Part shown: positions 36,301 through 45,612 of the stretch, in pieces
Position numbering within the stretch: the first letter of the stretch is position 1
Layout: each line of letters begins with the position of its first letter
Assembly (NCBI GenBank): GCA_017444345.1
Contig: JAFSWW010000080.1
Coordinates: 20,570-84,569, forward strand
Origin: Synergistaceae bacterium
GTDB taxonomy: Bacteria; Synergistota; Synergistia; Synergistales; Aminobacteriaceae
Reading direction: 5' to 3'
Length of the DNA stretch: 64,000 bases
Position numbers and translations under genes: made by a program
The notes under the pieces: generated by a model
The model's input: only the letters and a program-made list of their open reading frames with translations
Databases searched by the model: none
Told to the model about the DNA's origin: nothing

Positions 36301-36509
36301 CCGGCAGAGGCTCGGAAATGAAACGCCCGATCGCAGTTGTTGCTATAGGAGGACTTATCGCCGGAGGTATGCTCGCGATGTTGTCAATTCCTGCTGCTTA
36401 TAAATGTGTCTGGCAAGTCCGGCACTTATGGGCAAGGATAAGGGGCAAAAATATTAATGATGCTGAATCAGACTCAGACGATGACGACGACGACGATGAG
36501 GACGAGTAA
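33387..36509 (+). CDS. RND-family efflux permease (AcrB-like) with an acidic C-terminal tail
   Basis: It is 1040 aa with 12-TM/2-loop architecture and AcrB-type segments. The C-terminus is AESDSDDDDDDDEDE. Confidence 0.95.
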   Translation: MRGFIRFCITHPVFTGCSVVIWILLGISSYFTLGVTLYPNVELPFVLVRTTYTGAGPNEIEQLISKPLEDALADLENLHSINTYSIEGISMVAVEMESGTNPDLALVDVNNKVKAKIPDLPDDADEPVASKFDINAQPFLIVSFTSEMPEKTAKKMIEDRIQPVVARVEGVGRVDVTGGRDREIHINLDPAALSDYGINYMQVCNVVAANNQTTPSGYITQTKDEVSLRLMGEFNQVEQLEDILIPTPNGQPVRLSMLGTVTDGEKDQRSMARADGQPVVQLRISPRSNADVVEAGRQIKRLMARTMRDYPDFKYEYTYDDTGFVESAVKNIIRDTAIGIALTALVIYLFLGRFSATFIVAFSMPVAFAATFVPLQVHGYTLNLMSTLGLALSMGTLVMNAILIIQNIYRFRDMGYEPFEAAEEGTVEISMSVLAGVLTNLGVFMPVALMSTIAGQFLKPYAITIVYATAFSLWVTMAVTPCLAARIKKQKGDSAELPLIGKILTGWWNWIFDGFRDLFFIILHLAMRFPFTTVLLTILATYGSLKLGGFLGTQFTPSTDDGTVRITLTLDNNSSIYRTADLVYKVEDYINTLSDRKYIKNVVSTVASSMRSQSISEAQIALYLNNDPDRPSTEDLADKIRPWLERLPGVDISIAATRSGFGNPIEIQIKGQDLNQLYTIAEEVRARGRKVPGVRDLKIEMEMGKPELQVAPIRWRLSPLGLNISDLASIVRGYLIGREAGKFRQGGYEYDIMARIEREKASDIFNAHELPIMTSYGLVPLDEMSDISWSDSPTEIRRVERQRAVVVTGRVRYITAGEGNALMRQVVDSMTLPEGVSVNFGGEQEDMAENFTELLRTLIIAIVVTYLVVAAILESWTYSIIILATVPMAAIGVVPAMLISGVNISIFALIGMIMLVGMVVNNAIVVIDYAEVLRLKGTNPYQAVEEACHVRFKSLLMAVVTSVVSLVPLLSTGRGSEMKRPIAVVAIGGLIAGGMLAMLSIPAAYKCVWQVRHLWARIRGKNINDAESDSDDDDDDDEDE

Positions 36510-37362
36510 AGCAAGCAAAAATTTAGGGAGTCTGGCACTTGAGTCAATGTTAATAGAAGTGTCAGTAACTCCCAAGCCGGGATTAATTGACCGTAATAAT
36601 TCAGGAGCTCATAGAGATATGGGCTTCTTTACTTTTATGAAGAGTGCGGCGAGTCTTAATTCATGCTTTGAAGATTTTGCACAGGCTGGAGTCATTGCAG
36701 GTCAAGAAAAATTATTACCCGTTTTGCTATTTCCGGAACTGCGTAGAATCGGCATAATTGCAGAAAATGACATGTTTAGAGCGACTCAAGGCGTGAACAC
36801 TCACAAGGGAGAAATTTTTTCACTGGGAGTCTTAAGCGCGGCGGCCGGTTATTTATCGGGAATGAATGAAAATATAGACTCTGACTCGGTCATGAGCTTG
36901 GCCGGGAAGATTTGCGAGGGATTATGCGCGAGAGATTTTGCGGAATCAAGAAAGAAATCACGAAATGAACTCACTAAAGGGGAGAAAATTTTTATTGACT
37001 ATAATATAACAGGAATCAGGGGCGAGGCTGAGTCGGGCTATAAATCCGTGAAAGATATTTCATTGCCTGCACTAAGAAAATATTTATCAGAAAATTTCAC
37101 GCTTAATGACTCGTTAGCTAAGACACTAATACACTTAATAGCATTTGCACAAGACACTAATATAATTTCTCGTCATGATTTAGAGACAGCTAAAAACGTA
37201 ATGGATTCAGCACGGAAAATTTTAGAGAACGGCGCAGATTTAGACGATATATTTATGCTCGATCAGGAATTTATACAGCGCAATATAAGTCCGGGCGGTT
37301 CAGGTGATTTATTAGCAGTAACATATTTTATCTATGAACTTGATAAAAATTTATTGCTGTGA
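36496..37362 (+). CDS. citG: Triphosphoribosyl-dephospho-CoA synthase (CitG/MdcB family)
   Basis: It contains EVSVTPKPGLIDRNNSGAHRDM, NTHKG and GGSGDLLA. I prefer the Met at 36496, which overlaps the RND stop. Confidence 0.75.
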   Translation: MRTSKASKNLGSLALESMLIEVSVTPKPGLIDRNNSGAHRDMGFFTFMKSAASLNSCFEDFAQAGVIAGQEKLLPVLLFPELRRIGIIAENDMFRATQGVNTHKGEIFSLGVLSAAAGYLSGMNENIDSDSVMSLAGKICEGLCARDFAESRKKSRNELTKGEKIFIDYNITGIRGEAESGYKSVKDISLPALRKYLSENFTLNDSLAKTLIHLIAFAQDTNIISRHDLETAKNVMDSARKILENGADLDDIFMLDQEFIQRNISPGGSGDLLAVTYFIYELDKNLLL

Positions 37363-37860
37363 TTTAACTTGTGTGCAATATCCAGTAACAGTTAATACGT
37401 ATTGATCTGCGTTATATTCTGAAATATTTCTCTCTGCGTATGAAATTTTTGCGGGCGTGCATGATCCATCAGTGTAGAAATAAATAATTTCAGGTGAAAA
37501 TTGCCAGCCTTCACCGGTCGGAGAATTCCTTAAATTAACCTTGCGCCACTCTAAAACTTGCTTGTCATTATTATTAGCACTTCCGAGAAATGAGCTTATA
37601 CTGTCTTCGGGGATTTCTTTTTTCATGAGTGCTTCTACTTCAATCGCGCCGCGTTCTAAACCTTGTGATTTCTTGATAGAAAATTTTACAGGTGTCCCCG
37701 ATAATGACATGTCGCTGGCTTCCTCAAATGCACGTTGCAATACAGCTGAAGGGGGCTCGAAATAAAACGAGATTCGCGGGATGACCATTCCCGCGAGTGA
37801 GCCTGTAATCAGCAATACTATCATTATTTCAATGAGTGTAAATGCTTTCTTACTGCGCAA
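37351..37860 (-). CDS. Pseudopilin (GspH-like position) with a prepilin-type N-terminus
   Basis: The TTG at 37860 is preceded by GAGGA. The N-terminus is (M)RSKKAFTLIEIMIVLLITGSLAG, with Ala at -1. The longer 239-aa ORF overlaps gspG and is rejected. Confidence 0.65.
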   Translation of the reverse strand: MRSKKAFTLIEIMIVLLITGSLAGMVIPRISFYFEPPSAVLQRAFEEASDMSLSGTPVKFSIKKSQGLERGAIEVEALMKKEIPEDSISSFLGSANNNDKQVLEWRKVNLRNSPTGEGWQFSPEIIYFYTDGSCTPAKISYAERNISEYNADQYVLTVTGYCTQVKSQQ

Positions 37861-37864
37861 AATT

Positions 37865-38302
37865 TTAGTCCTCGTTCGAAATATCTGCGTTTGTGCCTTC
37901 TCCGCCCTCTTCACCGTCCGGGCCGTAGCTGACAATTGAGATTCTGCCGTTCTGATTGCGATAAACGTAGGGATTCCCCCATGGATCTTCAGGGACTTTT
38001 TTGAGATAGCCGCCCTCTTGATAGTGTTTAGGAACTGGCGATGTTGTAGGAGCTGTAACAAGTGCCTCAAGTCCCTGCTGTGTTGAAGGGTAAAATCCGT
38101 TGTGCATTCTGTACATTTCTAGAGCGTCTTCTATACTCTTTATTTGAGTTCGTGCTGTTGTGCGCTGTGCTTCTGCGACTTGAGGGCCGATTCTGGGAAC
38201 TACTAGGGCAGCCAGCAAACCTAGAATAACGACAACTACCATAATTTCAATCAGGGTAAAACCTGAACGGCGGCGCAATAAATATTTTTTCTTTTCTTGC
38301 AT
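37865..38302 (-). CDS. gspG: Major pseudopilin GspG
   Basis: It contains RRRSGFTLIEIMVVVVILGLLAALVVPRI, a GspG core (IKSIEDALEMYRMHNGFYPSTQQGLEALV, DPWGNPYVY) and a Ca-loop-like GPDGEEGG. AGGAGG precedes the ATG at 38302. Confidence 0.85.
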   Translation of the reverse strand: MQEKKKYLLRRRSGFTLIEIMVVVVILGLLAALVVPRIGPQVAEAQRTTARTQIKSIEDALEMYRMHNGFYPSTQQGLEALVTAPTTSPVPKHYQEGGYLKKVPEDPWGNPYVYRNQNGRISIVSYGPDGEEGGEGTNADISNED

Positions 38303-38327
38303 GATTATAATAACCTCCTGAAAAATT

Positions 38328-39482
38328 TTATTTAACAATTCCGGCTAAGTCAAACACCGGCGTTAATATTGCCAAAACTATAAATCCGACTGAGACTCCA
38401 AGCGTTAAGACCATTATGGGCTCCATCAAAGTCGAAAGTTTTTCCATTCGGGACTGGGCAATTTCCCGGCACTGTTCAGAGACATTTGTTAATGAACCTG
38501 CTAAATCTCCGCCCATTTCGCCGACTCTTACTACTGCGACTGTTTCTTCCTGCATTCCTATTTTTTCGAGTGCCTTGTCAAATCTATGTCCGGCCTTGAC
38601 CATTTCGGCAGCATCGAGCCACCTTTGAGAGCTTGAGTCCATTGATGAGGCCATTCTCAAAGCCTGAACGAGCGGAATTCCCGATCTTAACAGCGTGCTT
38701 ATATGCGACATAACAAGAGCCAGCGTTAATTGTCCCCTGATTCCCTTCATGAAAGGCATATTAAATTTTCGCCCTGTCTTGCGCATCCATAATAATAATA
38801 TCCCGAATGCTAATAAAAGCCATAGCCCATAATTTGAGAGAAATTCAGACATTCCGATTAATATACGAGTAGGAAGGGGCAAAGTCTGATTCATGTCCTC
38901 AAAAAGTTCTGAAATCTTAGGCACAACATCTGTAAGCATGAAAGCAACGACTCCGACACCTACAACGGCCATAACTATTGGATATGTCATTGCACCGCGA
39001 ATCTTGCGCCGTAAATCGTCCTCTAATTTGAACTCGTCAGCAGCTTCATTTAATACTGAAATAAGAGTCCCGCTCTGTTCACCTGACTCAGCGACCCGCC
39101 AAAGACTTTCACGAAATGCCCCGCACTCTGATAAAGCCGTGTGAAATTTCCTGCCGCCTTCAACTTCTGCTAAAATTTTTTCCATTACGGGCTTCATTAC
39201 TTTATCGCGGGCTTGTTTTGACATGATTCTTAACGAGTCAGCAAGCGGCAAACCTGATTTTAAATACGAGGCTAGACTCCTGCAAAAGAATATATGCTGT
39301 TCGAGCGGCAATAATTTAATCTTGACTTTTCCGCCCTTTTTCTCTTCAGTCAATTTTACGTCAACAACAACAATTCCCCGTTCTGTGAGCCTGTCAACTG
39401 CCTGAATAGATGAGCCTGCTTCAATAGTACCCTTTGTGCTCTTGCCTTTAGAGTCATATCCTGAATAACTGAAATAAGGCAT
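38328..39482 (-). CDS. gspF: Inner-membrane platform protein GspF/PilC family
   Basis: It has two T2SSF repeats (FCRSLASYLKSGLPLADSL / HISTLLRSGIPLVQAL) and 3 TM segments. Confidence 0.85.
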   Translation of the reverse strand: MPYFSYSGYDSKGKSTKGTIEAGSSIQAVDRLTERGIVVVDVKLTEEKKGGKVKIKLLPLEQHIFFCRSLASYLKSGLPLADSLRIMSKQARDKVMKPVMEKILAEVEGGRKFHTALSECGAFRESLWRVAESGEQSGTLISVLNEAADEFKLEDDLRRKIRGAMTYPIVMAVVGVGVVAFMLTDVVPKISELFEDMNQTLPLPTRILIGMSEFLSNYGLWLLLAFGILLLWMRKTGRKFNMPFMKGIRGQLTLALVMSHISTLLRSGIPLVQALRMASSMDSSSQRWLDAAEMVKAGHRFDKALEKIGMQEETVAVVRVGEMGGDLAGSLTNVSEQCREIAQSRMEKLSTLMEPIMVLTLGVSVGFIVLAILTPVFDLAGIVK

Positions 39483-39485
39483 AAT

Positions 39486-40988
39486 TTAATCTTCTCCTGC
39501 GACTCTTGCTAATTCGTCCGGTGAAGTCAGCCCCGATTGAACAGCAGAGAGTCCAATTTCCCATAAAGTTTTGAATCCGCTTTTACGTGCAATCTCGCGC
39601 AATTTTGAGGCCGGAGCACCTCCGACAAATGCCTCTTGAATCTCTTCATTAATTACAAATTGTTCATAGAGTCCGACTCGTCCCCTGTAGCCTGTATTAT
39701 GACACTCTGAACAGCCGACCGGTTCAAATGCCCGTGTGAGTCCCTGTTTTGCCATCATGGCGGGGGGTGTTATTTCTCGTCTGCAATGAGGGCATAATCT
39801 GCGCGCGAGTCTTTGTGCTACAGTTCCTATCATACAGCTTGCTGCCAAATAAGGCTCTATACCCATATCCACGAGTCTTATAATTGCGCTGATTGAGTCA
39901 TTCGTGTGCAGAGTCGATAACACTAAATGCCCGGTTAATGAAGCCTGTACGCCTATATGAGCCGTCTCAAAGTCTCTCATTTCTCCGATCATTACTATAT
40001 CAGGATCTTGACGCAAAATTGAACGCAAAGCAGCAGCAAAAGTAACTCCGGCTTTCTCGTTTACTTGAATTTGAGCGACTCCGGGTAAAGCATACTCTAC
40101 GGGATCTTCAACTGTAATAATATTTACTTCAGGACGCGCCAAAGCCTGCAAGATAGCATATAAACTCGTTGACTTTCCTGAACCTGTAGGGCCTGTAAAT
40201 AAAATCATTCCGTGAGGTCTGTGTATAAGTTCGTCCATAATTGTGCGCTCGCGTTCTTCCATGCCTAAATCTTCAAGAGTCATGAGTCCATGTCCCTTAT
40301 CAAGTAAACGCATTGCGATTCTTTCTCCGTATTGAGTCGGCACAAGTCCAACACGAACATCAACAGCTCTATCTCCTACAGTGATTCCTATTCTGCCGTC
40401 CTGAGGTGCCATGTGTTCGGCTATATCCATTCTTGACATGACTTTAATACGGCTTATTAGGGGAGCTTGATTTGAACGCGGTAATCTCAATCTATCCTGC
40501 AAAACTCCGTCAATCCTGAAACGCACTAATACTTCATCTTCGTAGGGCTCAACGTGAATATCAGTCGCGCGCTGTCTCAATGCATCAACGAACAGGCCAT
40601 TAACAAGCCTTATAACGGGAACATCAACCGAGTCGCTTAATACGTCCTCGCGTGATAAATCATCTAAATCGTCAATTCCTTCGATATTTTTTGCGGCCTC
40701 GTCAGCTGCTACACTTCTTAAATCATATAAAGTGTGTAATAAATCGCCGATTTCCTTCTCGTCGCGAATCTCTAAATCAATCGGGAATCCCAAGGCAGTC
40801 CCTAAAATTTGAGCTTTAGGCCAAGCGTCAAAATCTACAGCACCGACAATTAATACACCGTCCTGAATTCTTAACGGGACAATTTTTGCCTGCCTTAGAA
40901 CATCGAGTCCCATTCCGTCGGGTAAGAGACTCGATACTTCTTTTGCGTCAGGAAGAGGGGGGAGCGCATTAACTTCACTATCAGGCAT
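39486..40988 (-). CDS. gspE: Secretion ATPase GspE/PilB family
   Basis: It has an N-terminal T2SSE_N-like domain, Walker A GPTGSGKST, Asp/His boxes and a tetracysteine motif (CPHC...CSEC). Confidence 0.9.
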   Translation of the reverse strand: MPDSEVNALPPLPDAKEVSSLLPDGMGLDVLRQAKIVPLRIQDGVLIVGAVDFDAWPKAQILGTALGFPIDLEIRDEKEIGDLLHTLYDLRSVAADEAAKNIEGIDDLDDLSREDVLSDSVDVPVIRLVNGLFVDALRQRATDIHVEPYEDEVLVRFRIDGVLQDRLRLPRSNQAPLISRIKVMSRMDIAEHMAPQDGRIGITVGDRAVDVRVGLVPTQYGERIAMRLLDKGHGLMTLEDLGMEERERTIMDELIHRPHGMILFTGPTGSGKSTSLYAILQALARPEVNIITVEDPVEYALPGVAQIQVNEKAGVTFAAALRSILRQDPDIVMIGEMRDFETAHIGVQASLTGHLVLSTLHTNDSISAIIRLVDMGIEPYLAASCMIGTVAQRLARRLCPHCRREITPPAMMAKQGLTRAFEPVGCSECHNTGYRGRVGLYEQFVINEEIQEAFVGGAPASKLREIARKSGFKTLWEIGLSAVQSGLTSPDELARVAGED

Positions 40989-40991
40989 TAA

Positions 40992-43136
40992 TTACTTCCT
41001 CCTGAGACTGCGCTGATACATATCTCTAAATCTTGCGTCAATATCAGCTTCTACGGGACTGGCTCCGATATTCGTTAAATCCGGTCTTGCGTTGTCAGGC
41101 ATTAATTTATTCACGTCGAAATTCATATCAGGCGACACAAAGCCCCTCGCAAATCCGGCAGCTCTCATTGTTGCGTGTCTCATTTCTTCAGGCGATTCGA
41201 TAATTTGAGGCGTTAAGAAAATTACAAAGTCAACTTTTTCCTTTTCCTTTGACAATTTCTGAAAGAGTCCGCCTATTAACGGAATATAAGACAAGCCGGG
41301 GACTTTACGCTTCATTGATTTTTCCGTTTCCTTGATCATGCCGCCTAAAATTATAGTCTCACCGTCTGCAACTACAACAGAAGTAATAACTTCACGCTTT
41401 GAAGTAGTCGGAGTAGTAACTCCTGAAGCAGTCATAACATCTTCAGTAGTCTGCTTTATATCCATTGCGACAAGATTCCCGCTCCTGATATGAGGTGTAA
41501 CTGTGAGAGTCAAGCCCGTATCTTTATAGTCATAATTATTCTGAATAGAATTCGGATTCGTTAAATCAGAAGTAGACCCCTTCATAACGGGAATAACATT
41601 ACCGACTTTGAACGTGCTTTCTTTGTTATCAGTACACATTAAGCGAGGCACTGACAATACATTAACTGCGTCATAACGCTTTAATAATTCAATCGTGGCA
41701 TACATTAATCCCATAGGCTGATAATTTGTAACTGTATAAGTAGATCCATTGCGCTCAAGTAATTCCTCACGCTTTGACAAATCATTGAACCATGTCATGA
41801 ACTGTGAAGGCACTGACCCCTCGCCGAGCGACATATTACCGCCCAGCAATAAATTATCCCACATTTGACCGCCTAAGATTGACCAGTCTATACCGTTGCG
41901 ATCTAAATTTGTTACGTTGATTTCAGCAATAAAGCCTCGTAATAAAATCTGTCTAGGCTGTATATCAATAGCGTCAAGAATCGGGACAAGTGCGTCATAT
42001 TGTCTCTGAGTCGCAGCAAAAATTAAACTGTTAGTAGCAACATCAGGAACTACAGCAGCTGTGAATTTTGCCGAGTCAGCTCCCAGCATTGTATTTGTTG
42101 AAGCTAAAACTTTCCCGACTTGTTCGGCGGCGGCGGTTGCGTCAATATTCTTTAACTTGTAAATGTGAAAATCGCCTATTTTCGGGTCAACGTCTAAATC
42201 ACTAATTATGCGGGCGGCCTTATCGATTGCGCTTGAACTCCCGACAACTACAACTTTTTTGCTTGGAACGTCGGCAATGGCATTTAATCCCTGAAGAGGG
42301 CCATTTGATTGAGCGATTGCGTTTAATTGTGCTGCTATAGTACCCGGATCTCCGTTATTGATTTCAAATGTCTTGCTTAATCTTGCACTTTGAGGCGTGT
42401 CCATTTTGCGGATTAACTCAACGCCTTTATTAACATCAATAGCCCGGCCCTGTAATAAAATATCGCGCCCGTTACCAACTGCCAAAGCTACGAGACTCGA
42501 TCCAAATGCTTGTTGAATAGCCGGTAATAAACTTTCAATTGTTACATAATCAATCGGGACTATATATGTTACAGTTTCTTCACCGGGTCCGGGGCCTGTT
42601 TTGCTCCTGAAGACATTAGGCGACGGACTATTACCGCCCTGACGAACTATTGAATAACTGCCCATGTTTTGCAGCGAAAAATTATACATCTGCAAAGTTG
42701 ATAACATGACTTCGCGGGCTTCTTTTATAGTAACAGGATGAGGCGAAATTATAGTTATTTTAGAATTTATATTTGGAGGCACAATTATATTTTCTTGCAA
42801 GACTTCAGACATAAAGCGCATAAATCTGACTAAATCGAAATCCTTAAAATTAAATTGTACGAGTCCCGCTCGTCTCATAGCTGCGGCAGAATCCATTAAT
42901 GCTTGTTCCTGCTCTGGAGTCATTGCGTCGCCTTGTCCTGATTGCGGTTGAGCTGCCGGCTGATTTTGTGCAGGTCTCGGCGGTGCAGGTTGTGCAGGCG
43001 GTGCAGGCGTATTATTATTTCTAGGTGTTGTTCTGCTAATTCTCCGTGTAGCTGACTCCACGCTAGAACTTGATAAATCACTTAATAAAGCTATACTCAA
43101 TAATATAATCAAAATTTTTATAAATCTTACTCTCAA
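40992..43136 (-). CDS. gspD: Secretin GspD family
   Basis: It has a signal peptide, a Pro/Gln/Ala-rich linker, N0/N1-like repeats and a C-terminal secretin domain (VPGLSYIPLIGGLFQ). Confidence 0.9.
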   Translation of the reverse strand: MRVRFIKILIILLSIALLSDLSSSSVESATRRISRTTPRNNNTPAPPAQPAPPRPAQNQPAAQPQSGQGDAMTPEQEQALMDSAAAMRRAGLVQFNFKDFDLVRFMRFMSEVLQENIIVPPNINSKITIISPHPVTIKEAREVMLSTLQMYNFSLQNMGSYSIVRQGGNSPSPNVFRSKTGPGPGEETVTYIVPIDYVTIESLLPAIQQAFGSSLVALAVGNGRDILLQGRAIDVNKGVELIRKMDTPQSARLSKTFEINNGDPGTIAAQLNAIAQSNGPLQGLNAIADVPSKKVVVVGSSSAIDKAARIISDLDVDPKIGDFHIYKLKNIDATAAAEQVGKVLASTNTMLGADSAKFTAAVVPDVATNSLIFAATQRQYDALVPILDAIDIQPRQILLRGFIAEINVTNLDRNGIDWSILGGQMWDNLLLGGNMSLGEGSVPSQFMTWFNDLSKREELLERNGSTYTVTNYQPMGLMYATIELLKRYDAVNVLSVPRLMCTDNKESTFKVGNVIPVMKGSTSDLTNPNSIQNNYDYKDTGLTLTVTPHIRSGNLVAMDIKQTTEDVMTASGVTTPTTSKREVITSVVVADGETIILGGMIKETEKSMKRKVPGLSYIPLIGGLFQKLSKEKEKVDFVIFLTPQIIESPEEMRHATMRAAGFARGFVSPDMNFDVNKLMPDNARPDLTNIGASPVEADIDARFRDMYQRSLRRK

Positions 43137-43189
43137 ATTTACAACATCCCCCGTCCCTTATTAAGATATGATAATACTACAAAATTTAT

Positions 43190-43522
43190 TTATTCGGCAA
43201 CATATATAACAGTTGACCGCCCCGACTCAAGAGTTATAGTAACGCGCTTATATTTCAGTTCATAGTCGTCAACAGGTATAGAAATATTATCACTGCGCCA
43301 TGAAATTTTTGTGTCGTCTTCAGTTCCATTATCCGGCATATCTTTATCGACTTTGAATCTTAGCCAGATTTTTTCTGCTGCTGAAATTAATTCGCGCTCG
43401 ATTCGTAATTCTCCCAATAATTTATAAGACATCGCTATTAATCTAAACCCGCCGGAAATTACGAGTCCAGCAATCGCAACAGAAACAAGCACCTCCATTA
43501 AAGTAAATCCGCGTCTTCTCAT
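43190..43522 (-). CDS. Small pseudopilin (GspI/H-like size)
   Basis: It begins MRRRGFTLMEVLVSVAIAGLVISGGF and is 110 aa long. Confidence 0.7.
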   Translation of the reverse strand: MRRRGFTLMEVLVSVAIAGLVISGGFRLIAMSYKLLGELRIERELISAAEKIWLRFKVDKDMPDNGTEDDTKISWRSDNISIPVDDYELKYKRVTITLESGRSTVIYVAE

Positions 43523-43523
43523 T

Positions 43524-44504
43524 TTATTTCACGACATAACGCAAGGCCGTTGACTGCCCTTTACGAGTAACTTCAACGTCAAATCTCTCACTGTTCATGA
43601 GTGAATTAATAGAATTTGCTATATCGCCCATATTTGTGAACGGGATTCCATTAACGGACTTGATAATATCACCCTTTTGAACTCCTAAACGCTTTAATAT
43701 GCTTTCATTCTGGATCCATTGAACTTCGAGTCCTCCCGCGCTTTCATTAGGTCTGATTCTGATTCGCTTTAACTCGTCAAAAGGATTTTGCACGAGCTGA
43801 CTCACTAATTCGCTTGAGACTTCGCCGTCCTGTTTACCCGGTTCAGCAGCTACGATATTTCCGAGCTTGGCAGGTTCGGGCGTGTTTCTCTTAGGAGCGG
43901 GTGCAGGTTTAGGAGCTTCTGTTTTGACCGGGCCGAATACCATTTTTTTAGTAACTCGTTTCTTGCCCTGTGTGAAAGTTGCTTCACGATAACTGACACT
44001 CGATAATTTCCAGCGTTCTATTTCCTTCCCGATAAGAATTAAATTTAGATTTCCATTTTTCTCGACCCATGCGCTGATTCCCGGAAAAGTCCCCCGCAAA
44101 ATTACATCGTCTAAAGTAGTTGGAGGCTCTGGCGGTGTTACTTCTTTAGAGACCGGGGCGGGCTCATTTGATACGACTTTGAGCGGCGAAATCTGAAAAG
44201 GGTTTGACGAAATAAAAGCAGTGAATCCCCTGTCTTGATTCGATAAATTGCTGTCTTGAGCTTGACTCCCGGTAACTGCGCTGTCAACGACTCCGGAATT
44301 CCCGGCGAGAAAATCAAGCCCATAACCGAGTCCGACTCCAGCTAAACGGCCGGCAGCGAGTCCCACTAAAAGCGGCAATACTAACAGCCAAGTTTGATAA
44401 ATCTTCCCGCCCGACTCTTTCTGCGATGACTCCTTCTCCTGTTTATTTGCTTTAATACGCCTTACACGTGAAGACTGCAAAGCGTCTCTTAACCTGTCTA
44501 ACAT
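43524..44504 (-). CDS. gspC: GspC-like protein: TM anchor, Pro-rich linker and C-terminal PDZ domain
   Basis: It has a single TM (WLLVLPLLVGLAAG), a PAPAPKRNTPEP linker and a PDZ-like segment (LGVQKGDIIKSVNGIPFTNMGDI). Confidence 0.55.
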   Translation of the reverse strand: MLDRLRDALQSSRVRRIKANKQEKESSQKESGGKIYQTWLLVLPLLVGLAAGRLAGVGLGYGLDFLAGNSGVVDSAVTGSQAQDSNLSNQDRGFTAFISSNPFQISPLKVVSNEPAPVSKEVTPPEPPTTLDDVILRGTFPGISAWVEKNGNLNLILIGKEIERWKLSSVSYREATFTQGKKRVTKKMVFGPVKTEAPKPAPAPKRNTPEPAKLGNIVAAEPGKQDGEVSSELVSQLVQNPFDELKRIRIRPNESAGGLEVQWIQNESILKRLGVQKGDIIKSVNGIPFTNMGDIANSINSLMNSERFDVEVTRKGQSTALRYVVK

Positions 44505-44511
44505 TTATAAA

Positions 44512-45090
44512 TTATTTCCTCCTTAAGTACCAGCGATCGCCCTCTTGAACTAAAGGCAAGAAATTACGCAGCATATTCAAATTATTTGCAAATTCTTCGG
44601 GAACATTTAATTGCGCGTCAGATCGTCCAATTCTCATATTTGCGGGTGAAAAAGTTATATAGCCGTTGACTGCAAAATCTCCGTTAGTTCGTAATTGTTC
44701 CAGCAAGATTTCATTTCGCCCGGCTGTCAGCAAAAAACGTCCATCCCCAAAATTATAATTTGTCCCGAGTCTCAAATTTCCGCCTTTAAACGAAATATCA
44801 CAAACCGGAGCAAGGCTTAATATACTCGCTAAAATTCTCGGCCGTATAGTAATCGAACTCAAAGAAAAATTTACAGTCCCATTCAGGGCCAAATTACTAA
44901 CTGTGAAACCGTCCGACTCGCCTGATACATCAGAAAAATTTAAACGCATTCCACGAGCATTTAACTGAGAATGAGCTATTGACATTGCAAACTTGCCCAC
45001 TTCTCTATATGGCAGGAAAATCCATAATGCATAAACGAATCCCGCCAGCAATAATAAAATTTTTATGATAGTTAATAAAGATTTCTTCAT
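44512..45090 (-). CDS. Bitopic protein in the GspN-like position
   Basis: It has an N-terminal TM (IIKILLLLAGFVYALWIF) and a periplasmic domain of about 160 aa. The assignment rests on size, topology and context only. Confidence 0.35.
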   Translation of the reverse strand: MKKSLLTIIKILLLLAGFVYALWIFLPYREVGKFAMSIAHSQLNARGMRLNFSDVSGESDGFTVSNLALNGTVNFSLSSITIRPRILASILSLAPVCDISFKGGNLRLGTNYNFGDGRFLLTAGRNEILLEQLRTNGDFAVNGYITFSPANMRIGRSDAQLNVPEEFANNLNMLRNFLPLVQEGDRWYLRRK

Positions 45091-45093
45091 GAT

Positions 45094-45603
45094 TTAATTC
45101 ATCGGCCCTATTATAGCTGAAATAGTAAACAATCTCTCTTGACCTGCAGGAAGTGCCCTAAGTTCAAGCGCAATAAATCTGACTCCGCGAGCTGCTAAAA
45201 GCTGTTGAAGTTCGGCAAATTCTTCGGCATAAAGTCTATTAATTTCGACTGATTGATTACGGCCGTCTGGAGTGATTCTATTTACACGGCTGCCGAGTTC
45301 CATTCTTTCAGAGACTTGCGCGAAAATTGTCGGGACATCAACATTTGAAGGAGTATTATTTTTCTTGTTATCTTTAGGAGCGATTGATTTATACTCGTCT
45401 GAAAGAGTCAAAAGAGTCCTTAATCGTGATTGCTGAGCTCGTAAATTTGTCTGACTCTGTGCTGCCCAGCCGTTAATAACAAGAACTCCGACCCATATAG
45501 CAAGAGTCAAGACGAGAATAACAATAAATTTTATGCTTCCTGCTGCCTCACCGCGTGCGATATTTTTTGCGTTATTAAAAACTTGTTCGAGATTCAATGC
45601 CAT
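45094..45603 (-). CDS. Bitopic protein in the GspM/PilO-like position
   Basis: It has a short cytoplasmic N-terminus, one TM (FIVILVLTLAIWVGVLVI) and a periplasmic domain of about 120 aa. The assignment rests on context only. Confidence 0.4.
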   Translation of the reverse strand: MALNLEQVFNNAKNIARGEAAGSIKFIVILVLTLAIWVGVLVINGWAAQSQTNLRAQQSRLRTLLTLSDEYKSIAPKDNKKNNTPSNVDVPTIFAQVSERMELGSRVNRITPDGRNQSVEINRLYAEEFAELQQLLAARGVRFIALELRALPAGQERLFTISAIIGPMN

Positions 45604-45612
45604 TTTTTATAT

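Noticed and set aside
37861-38070. The long form of the last pseudopilin ORF (37351..38070, 239 aa).
   Set aside because: Its first ~70 codons overlap gspG out of frame and encode a basic, low-complexity peptide. A TTG at 37860 with an upstream GAGGA gives a canonical prepilin-type N-terminus, so the short form is used.
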